Assembly (NCBI RefSeq): GCF_006345805.1
Contig: NC_043006.1
Span: forward strand, 4,402,001-4,466,000
DNA length: 64,000 nt
Origin: Octopus sinensis
Lineage: Eukaryota
Direction of reading: 5' to 3'
Both the position numbers and the translations under genes were made by a program. Positions 55,477 through 64,000 of this stretch are shown here, piece after piece (the first letter of the stretch is position 1; each line of letters begins with the position of its first letter). Under the pieces are notes generated by a model. That model was not told where the DNA came from. It made no database searches and saw only the letters and a program-made list of their open reading frames with translations.

Positions 55477-55477
<1 letters not shown>
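54631..55477. repeat. Right arm of long inverted repeat
   Basis: cgctaagttgtcgcagtata...ccattcttgttgcttctttctcgt mirrors 52627-53480. Confidence 0.95.
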
Positions 55478-55522
<45 letters not shown>

Positions 55523-55574
55523 CGAATAACTTAGCATATAAGAGGAGAGAAAGAATAATTAGAAGGCTTCACAC

Positions 55575-56160
55575 CAGGGTTGCCAATTTAGCATATTTAT
55601 GATAGATCTAGCATTATTTTTTCAACATTTAGCAGAAAGTTTTTGAATTTAGCATTTAGCAGGAAAAATACTAGATTTAAAATTTTATTTAGAATTTTTC
55701 TCTGGTCATGACATTATCTCAATAGTTACCCTTTTTCATCTTTTTTTTCGTTTTCTACTTTCATTAATTTATCTTATAGCCAAATTTTAGTACTATTGGC
55801 TATTGTTGAATTTTTTTTTCGCTTTCTTGAAGCTTCAAATGAAAGTTTTTCATAAGGATCTTTATCAAGTTATGAACTTTTCCAGCTCCTCCGCCTCCAC
55901 CGGTGGTAGATACATATTTCAGAATATTATCTTTAGAAATACGTGGTGTAGATGACATTGAAGATGTCTTAAAAATTTAATTAGTGAAAACGAATTTAGA
56001 TATAAAACTTTTACTGGCTATAGGAACCAACAAGGCTAAAGAAATGAATCAACAATGGTGCTTTCCAGAAATTAAAAGAAGTTCCATCATTACTTCTATT
56101 TAGAAGGTTATATCATTCTTTACAGTTGGCAGTATCCCACACTTGTACTGAAATTTAGCA
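55575..56160 (+). mobile_element. hAT transposon relic
   Basis: CAGGGTTGCCA terminus. LAIGTNKAKEM..NGAFQKLKEVPSLLLFRRLYHSLQLAVSH resembles the hAT TD-NA / CxxH region. Confidence 0.7.
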
Positions 56161-57175
56161 TAAAATTATGATTTTAAGTTGGTTAAACTGCTTCAAACAC
56201 ATACGGTATTCAGTTTCATAGAGTAAAACAATTCACATTGATGCAGCAATAAGCTTCAAGGTCACTGACTCAAGCAAATGAGAGAACAAAATGCTATGAT
56301 GACGATGTTGATCACCAGCAGCAGCATCATCATCATCATCGTCGTCGTCGTCGTCATGATGGTAACGTCCATCAGTTCATAATGCTTGGGTCGACCGGTG
56401 TTCTTTGTTCAGATATTCTACACACGAATCCCTTTCCTCTCGCTAGCCATTGCCTCTTTCCAAGAAAGATACAACATTGTCAAAGATGGACATATTTTTA
56501 AACAGGCAGTTAAAGATGAATCTCATCTCTTGTGTGATGGTGACGCTCGTGAAAAGGGGAAAACACAAATAAAAATACATTCATATACACATAAATATAA
56601 TAATATAAATATATATGTGTGTACTTTTATATACACACACATTTATGCACACCGGAAAAGATGTCCAGCAGAATATGGCTGGATGACCACATAAGGGTTT
56701 GTACCAAACTTTGGCATTAAAATCTCTACAAATACCCGAAGAGGGCGCAACTGCATAGTAACAAAGTGGTCACATTCGTATATACACACAGAGATATTCA
56801 TACACACACACACGTCTATGTGTATGAGTGTGTGTTTGTGTGCGAGTAAGTGTGAGGCGGATATTTCTTGGGTGTAACCAAGATGTTAAGCAGAAAAGTC
56901 ACTAATTTGCAGCTATTTCATTTGCACTCAAATGCAATAAAGTTTACAAAGGTTTATATAGTGTATGATTTTATACAATTATATAATGCCTACACATATG
57001 TATGTACGAACACACACGCACATATTTGCGAATGTGTGTGTGTTTATATGTGTCTATATGTGGGATGGTCACCATATTGATAAAATTCAAAAGATATTCA
57101 CAATTGTGCAATGAATTACGTCTCAAAATTATCGAAATGCCCCAAAATATATTCTATTCAACAACGAGTGTTGCA

Positions 57176-57333
57176 GTAGGAGTTGAGGCGTGAATGCAAA
57201 AGGATTATATATCATAATCATTGCGACAGTATGTATATATATATATATATATTTGTGTGTGTGTGTGGTAGGAGTTGAGGCGTGAATGCAAAAGGATTAT
57301 ATATCATAATCATTACGACAGTATGTATATATA

Positions 57334-57383
<50 letters not shown>

Positions 57384-57609
57384 TGAGGGAGATAAATTAA
57401 TATTAATTTTAATATCAATTTAAAACCAGTAGTCCAGCATTCAAAAAATCTGAGGAGTCAGAGAAAATTCAAATATATGTGTAATTGGCAGGCTGGCCTG
57501 CTAGGTAGCCGGCCAGAATGCTAGAAGATCATCAACGATCACACTACAAGGGAAATTCTCTAGAGGAAGAATTCAGCGAACACCAGAAACAAATATATTA
57601 TATATATAT

Positions 57610-57668
<59 letters not shown>

Positions 57669-57735
57669 GTGTGTGTGTGGTAGGAGTTGAGGCGTGAATG
57701 CAATAGGATTATATATAATAATCATTGCGACAAAG
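57176..57735 (+). repeat. Three copies of a ~58-bp unit (57176, 57268, 57680) separated by microsatellites
   Basis: gtaggagttgaggcgtgaatgcaa.aggattatata..ataatcatt.cgaca x3. Confidence 0.9.
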
Positions 57736-57756
57736 TAAACTTTCAAGATATATGTG

Positions 57757-57806
<50 letters not shown>

Positions 57807-57896
57807 TGCATGCATACATTACGTCCAACCATTGATCCCTACACATATTTTTAACCCCGTCCTTTTCTTTTTGTTCTCTCCCCATTTATTCCCCTT

Positions 57897-57939
57897 AACC
57901 TTTTCTGTCGAAGAGCGTAGGCTCGAAATGTCATAGGTT
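57897..57939 (+). ncRNA. Degenerate hammerhead-like motif
   Basis: AACCTTTT-CTGTCGA-A-GAGC(GTAG)GCTC-GAAA-TGTC-ATAGGTT. Confidence 0.35.
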
Positions 57940-58018
57940 TTTTCCATTCTTCCCGAACTAAAACATCTTATTGTTCTTCCCTCACCTCTCTTCGACTTTT
58001 CTTTCACGTAAATTTGAA

Positions 58019-58072
<54 letters not shown>

Positions 58073-58115
58073 TTACACATATATACACATATACATACAT
58101 ACCTATATACATACA

Positions 58116-58172
<57 letters not shown>

Positions 58173-58231
58173 GTGTATGTATGTATGTATGTATTTATAC
58201 ACATGTTTCATCTGCAGAAAAATAAGCACAC

Positions 58232-58383
58232 ATACACGCATCATAGTATTTACAATACATACACTTATGTATATATATTTATATAATATATATATTATAT
58301 TGTACTGTATTATAATATGTTATAATATACATACGTCAATGTGTTCCATGGCATAATACACACACACACACACACACATATAT

Positions 58384-58414
<31 letters not shown>

Positions 58415-59068
58415 ATATCGGAAGGTTTGGAGATGATGTACAGGTATTATATATTAGAAAATTTGAGGTAATCAGATCAGATGGTTCATATTTGTAGATA
58501 TTTATTTATATTTACATTTTTTACATATATATCATATCATATCATTCGGATTTCGGATTAGCGCTTGCTCCCATTCTAGTGGGCTTTTCAAATCAAATCA
58601 GTTGTGGGAAGTTTGAACATTTTATAGTTTTGTAGTAGTGGTGAGGAGGAAGTGAGACAAGAAAAAATGTGTGTATGTGTATGTGTGTGTGTGTATATGT
58701 GTGTGTGCGTGTGTGTGTGTGTGGTGTGCGCGTTTATATCTGAGAGTGAAGAAGTGTTATTTCCGTTGGTCTACTGGACCGCCTGTGGTTTTATAAGAAC
58801 TTTGGCCGTCCATTTCGATGTCACTGAGTGTGTGTTGTGCGTAGGTTGGCCTGGCAATGTCATTTGGGGTCACACTTTCTATGATCATTCTGTGGAGGTG
58901 TGTGTGTGTGTGTGTGTGTTTCTGTGTCCGTGTGTGTTTTTGTGTGCGTGCGTGTGTGTGTGTGTATGTGTGTGTGTGTGTGTCTCTGTGTGTTTGGAGA
59001 AGGGGAGAGAGACGTATGTGTGCTTATTTTTCTGCAGATGACACATGTAGTATAAATACATACATACA

Positions 59069-59102
<34 letters not shown>

Positions 59103-59309
59103 CATACATACATACATACATATATATATATATATAATATATATACTTTGATACTTTGATAGGTTTCGGCCATTATTGGCCCAGCCATGTCTAACTTAAT
59201 AGCACCACCTGATTATCTACAAATATGAACCATCTGATCTGATTACCTCAAATTTTCTAATATATAATACCTGTACATCATCTCCAACCTTCCGATATAT
59301 ATATAGATA

Positions 59310-59370
<61 letters not shown>

Positions 59371-60302
59371 GGTATGTATGTATATGTGTAAATACACACA
59401 CACACACATATATTTCCCTTCTACAAGTGTCCGAAGAACGACACCCCCTTCAGGAGGAATATGGAAAAACATTTCATAGCTAAGTTCTCCCCCAAATTAA
59501 ATGGCTGAAACTTTACTCAACATACATTGAAGGACAAATCTGTGTGTGTGTAGATGTGTGTATTGCCTGTTATATACATCATATTATATTATTATCTTTA
59601 TAATTCACTTCCATCTTTACCTTTTAATTGTCACTTTAATTTTAACTTTCCTATGATATACAATTTTCAAGATGGTATAATTTGGTTGTTCATTTTGAAC
59701 CGATAAAAAGGTTTTTTCAAATATTTTATGTATAAGTCTGTGTGTGTGTATATATATGTGTTGGTATAAATATCAACACACAAAAATATTTTTTCTTCTC
59801 CACTTCCTCCCTTATTTTTATTTTTATTTTTATTTTTTTATTTTTTATATTTTTATTTCTTCTTTATATTTTTTTATTTTTTATTTTTTTATATTTTATA
59901 TTTTATTTTTTTATTTTTATATTTCTTTTTTTTTTATTATTTTTTTTATTTTCCCATTTCTCTTTTTGTCTCTCTCCCCTTCTCCAAACACACAGAGACA
60001 CACACACACACACATACACACACACACACACACACACGCACGCACACAAAAACACACACGGACACAGAGACACACACACACACACACACCTCCACAGAAT
60101 GATCATAGAAAGTGTGACCCCAAATGACATTTGCCAGGCCAACCTACGCACAACACACACTCAGTGACATCGAAATGGACGGCCAAAGTTCTTATAAAAC
60201 CACAGGCGGTCCAGTAGACCAACGGAAATAACACTTCTTCACTCTCAGATATAAACGCGCACACACACACACACACACGCGCACACACATATACACACAC
60301 AC

Positions 60303-60333
<31 letters not shown>

Positions 60334-60549
60334 TTTTTTCTCTGTCTCACTTCCTCCTCACCCACTACTACAAAACTATAAAATGTTCAAACTTCCCACA
60401 ACTGATTTGATTTGAAAAGCCCACTAGAATGGGAGCAAGCGCTAATCCGAAATCCGAATGATATGATATGATATATATCTAAAAAATGTAATATATAAAT
60501 AAATATCTACAAATATGAACCATCTGATCTGATTACCTCAATTTTTCTA

Positions 60550-60589
<40 letters not shown>

Positions 60590-60707
60590 ATTATGCCATG
60601 GAACACATTGACGTATGTATATTATAACATATTATAATACAGTACAATATAATATATATATTATATAAATATATATACATAAGTGTATGTATTGTAAATA
60701 CGTATGC

Positions 60708-60710
<3 letters not shown>
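58232..60710. repeat. Inverted duplication, arms ~58232-59010 and ~59975-60710, ~0.96 kb spacer
   Basis: Unique blocks (gaagtgttatttccgttggtctactgg; gggagcaagcgctaatccgaaatccg; catacgtcaatgtgttccatggc) occur in both orientations. Confidence 0.9.
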
Positions 60711-60741
<31 letters not shown>

Positions 60742-60760
60742 TATATATATTTATAGAAGG

Positions 60761-60811
60761 AGCTTCTACAGGACTAGAACTGTTTCATTCAAAAGAAATC
60801 ATCAGGAAGCT
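60761..60811 (-). ncRNA. Type I hammerhead ribozyme motif
   Basis: Minus strand: AGCTTC-CTGATGA-tTTC(TTTT)GAAt-GAAA-CAG(ttctagtc)CTG-T-A-GAAGCT. Helix I 6 bp, intact core, GUA triplet. Confidence 0.75.
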
Positions 60812-60999
60812 AGGTGACAAGAATAGTTTTGGCATTTATACATTTAGGCAGGTTTAAAGAGGTGGTGGTGGGGGACTTTTTGGGGTAGGCATGGCGCAAA
60901 CTATCATTCTTAGGGGAGTGGTCAAAGGAATCAGTGATAAAGTAGATAAAAGAATAAATAGAATAATAGAGTTTTAGGTAAATAAGGAGACTCTCACTT

Positions 61000-61029
61000 A
61001 TACACATATATGCACATATATATACACAT

Positions 61030-61114
<85 letters not shown>

Positions 61115-61306
61115 TACATACACATACACACATACATCCATATACACATGTACATATGCACCTATTTACATACATCTACGTACACCCCCTTACCCATACT
61201 CATACATACACTCATATCTCTACACACATATATATAAAAAATAAATATAAATACAAATACAAATATAAAGGAGGATATACACCCCCATACACACACGCTC
61301 ATATAT

Positions 61307-61356
<50 letters not shown>

Positions 61357-61388
61357 CATATATATATACACACACATACATACTCACA

Positions 61389-61428
<40 letters not shown>

Positions 61429-62081
61429 CATATACATATACATACACACATACATACACATACATATGCATATACATGCACACACATACACACACGTTTC
61501 TTCCCTAATTTTAATTTTATCTTTATCTTTATCTTTATTTTTATTTTGACCTCGACCCAACAGGCCAGCTCTCCCAAGGGAGTTGCTTAGCCGGCCTAAA
61601 GACACCATTTATTGCCCCTCTCCCCTTCCTTTCTATCTTTCTTCACACTGATACGAACACAAACACTCACACACGCACACACACACACACACGCACACTC
61701 ATACACACACAAACGCACGTGTTATATTCATACATACATAAGTGTACCGACTTTCACATAAACGTACACATAACTATGTACACACAAAACCACATACGCA
61801 CGCACATACCTACATATACATACACATATATACTTACACCAGTCATATACATACCTACATACACATACATCCATATATCTATACATATACATACACATAT
61901 ATATACACATGCACATACCAATACACATACGCATATCTACGCACATACACGCACACACATCTATCTACATATATAAAAAAAGAAACCCAACAATTCCATA
62001 CATATACACACATACACATACATACATACATATACACGTATATATACTCACACATATATACACATACACCTATATACACAC

Positions 62082-62131
<50 letters not shown>

Positions 62132-62250
62132 CATATACACATACATATACATACACACACATCTACATACACATACATCTACATACGCACACCCTATTAC
62201 ATACATACATCAACACAGAGGTATACAGGCATCTACACACATACATATAT

Positions 62251-62310
<60 letters not shown>

Positions 62311-62840
62311 GAACGCACACAAATACACATATATACACATATATACACCAACACACATACGCATACATAAATGTATACATATGTATATACATATGCATAC
62401 ACATACACACACACACGCGCATCTATATATACATAAACACATACATGCATACAAACATATACTTATATACATACATGCATACTCAAATAATAAATATAAG
62501 TATATATATATACGTGCAATTACCTATCATACAGACGGATACATACATATAAACATATAAACATACACATATATACCTATTTACACATATGTATATATAC
62601 ATACATACATACACATACACATAAAACTACATACCTACATATACATAAACACACCGGCGTACATGTATATATATATATATGTGTGTGTTTATGTATATGT
62701 AGGTATGTAGTTTTATGTGTATGTGTATGTATGTATATATAAAATTAAAATTAGGGAAGAAACGTGTGTGTATGTGTGCGCATGTATATGCATATGTATG
62801 TGTATGTATGTGTGTATGTATATGTATATGTATGTGTATA

Positions 62841-62896
<56 letters not shown>
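61000..62896. repeat. Compound (CATA)/(TA)/(CA) low-complexity tract with internal inverted repeats
   Basis: Directly visible. Confidence 0.9.
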
Positions 62897-62898
<2 letters not shown>

Positions 62899-63612
62899 AA
62901 AAGCAATAAAGATTCAAGTTAATTTAAATGAATTTACTTGAATATGGTACCTAACTTAGATGCACCAAAAAAAACTATACTGTTTTAACAATACAGTAAT
63001 GTGGGGTGATTATAAGCGAGAAAGAAGCAACAAGAATGGATAGGTTTTTAGTACAATCGTTTCATACAAGGACAGGCTTTATTAAAAGTTGTAAAAATTA
63101 CAGCATATAAACGTGTCCCGTACTCATCAGCTAAAATACATGTGAGTTCTCTAGACATCCTAGTGGTTGAGGCTATACTCATGAAGTAATGTAGATAATT
63201 AAGTAACATAAACAGATTTCCAAAGTTCATTAAAGTTCTTTAAAGATGATGTACAGTCTTATCACAGAATTTTAAAAAAGTTCTAATAGCATCACAGAGA
63301 AGGTGACCTAATCCATAGAGCACATATGAATTTCCAGAGATATGATGAGGGATTACATACTCACAGAAGACAAATTTATCCATTGTTAATCACAACGAGG
63401 TGGGTCTCAATTCCTGCTTATTAGCATTACAGAGAGGGTGAATTAATCCTTTGTATAGATGCACAATTTCCAATGGTGTAAATGTAAGTTTCCAGAGAAA
63501 CGAAGAGGAATTTCATATTCACAGGCGATAAATTAATCAATGGTTGAACACAATGAGGTAGGTATCAATTCTTGTTATATGATTAGGTATTTGCCACATT
63601 AATCACATTACT
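62897..63612. repeat. Third, diverged solo copy of the 52.5-kb repeat arm
   Basis: caaaaagcaataaagattcaag..acagtaatgtggggtgattataa.cgagaaagaagcaacaagaatgga..gtgtcccgtactcatcagctaaaatacat, shared with 52511-53155. Confidence 0.9.
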
Positions 63613-63637
63613 GCTATTTACAAGAGGCTGTAGCTAC

Positions 63638-63727
<90 letters not shown>

Positions 63728-64000
63728 TTGCGTGACACTGAACGTAGCTCGAATATCTGGAAATCTCCCCAAGTCGAATCATTAGTTTTCCCCACAGGGT
63801 GTATATACCTCCGGTACAATGGTCATGGGATTAGGATGTTGAAGAAATGAAGTGCAAAACGGATTCCTCAACCCGAACCAATCGACAGGCTCTATAGGGG
63901 TAGACCAACAACGAGTTCGTTGGAGAATATTAGTTTGTCAATCAAGGGAATCCAGCCGGAAAGTGTAATGGTGGTGCCTTCTGATTGGAACGTGTGGAGG

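Noticed and set aside
57176-57735. CRISPR-like repeat-spacer pattern
   Set aside because: The spacers are microsatellites, the context is eukaryotic, and there are no cas genes.
61563-61596. GGCCGGC..GCTGGCC (minus strand) as an HDV-like P1
   Set aside because: L3, P1.1 and a downstream P2 partner are absent; it is a simple hairpin.

Overview
Eukaryotic, repeat-saturated DNA. The SINE families, (AAT)n/(TA)n/(GATA)n load and LINE families look like a coleoid cephalopod, most likely Octopus (inference from repeat content). No prokaryotic genes, rRNA, true tRNA genes or CRISPR arrays were found. One convincing host-gene segment is present: a minus-strand exon (4517-4316) with canonical splice sites encoding a signal peptide plus LRR N-terminal cap. 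Its acceptor implies that some or all of the sequence to the right is a 5'-UTR intron. The rest is transposable elements: (i) a ~15 kb nested array of three families (A, B, C) of R4/Dong-like RT+restriction-like-endonuclease LINEs joined by (AAT)n tracts; (ii) L1/Tx1-like, RTE, RTE-X, Penelope-like and Gypsy relics; (iii) mariner, hAT, Helitron and MITE elements; (iv) many tRNA-derived SINEs. Best second-look items: four hammerhead-ribozyme-like motifs (one nearly canonical at 60761-60811, one mirrored in a spacerless palindrome at 37652-37836), an ORF1-only retroelement with the LINE/SINE 3' tail, an unclassified ~850-bp-arm inverted repeat carrying a 34-aa-repeat ORF, a twin-priming-like 5' inversion in an RLE LINE, and many recent fold-back duplications. 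All protein and family calls are from motif recognition by eye, with no database search. TE boundaries are approximate unless stated.
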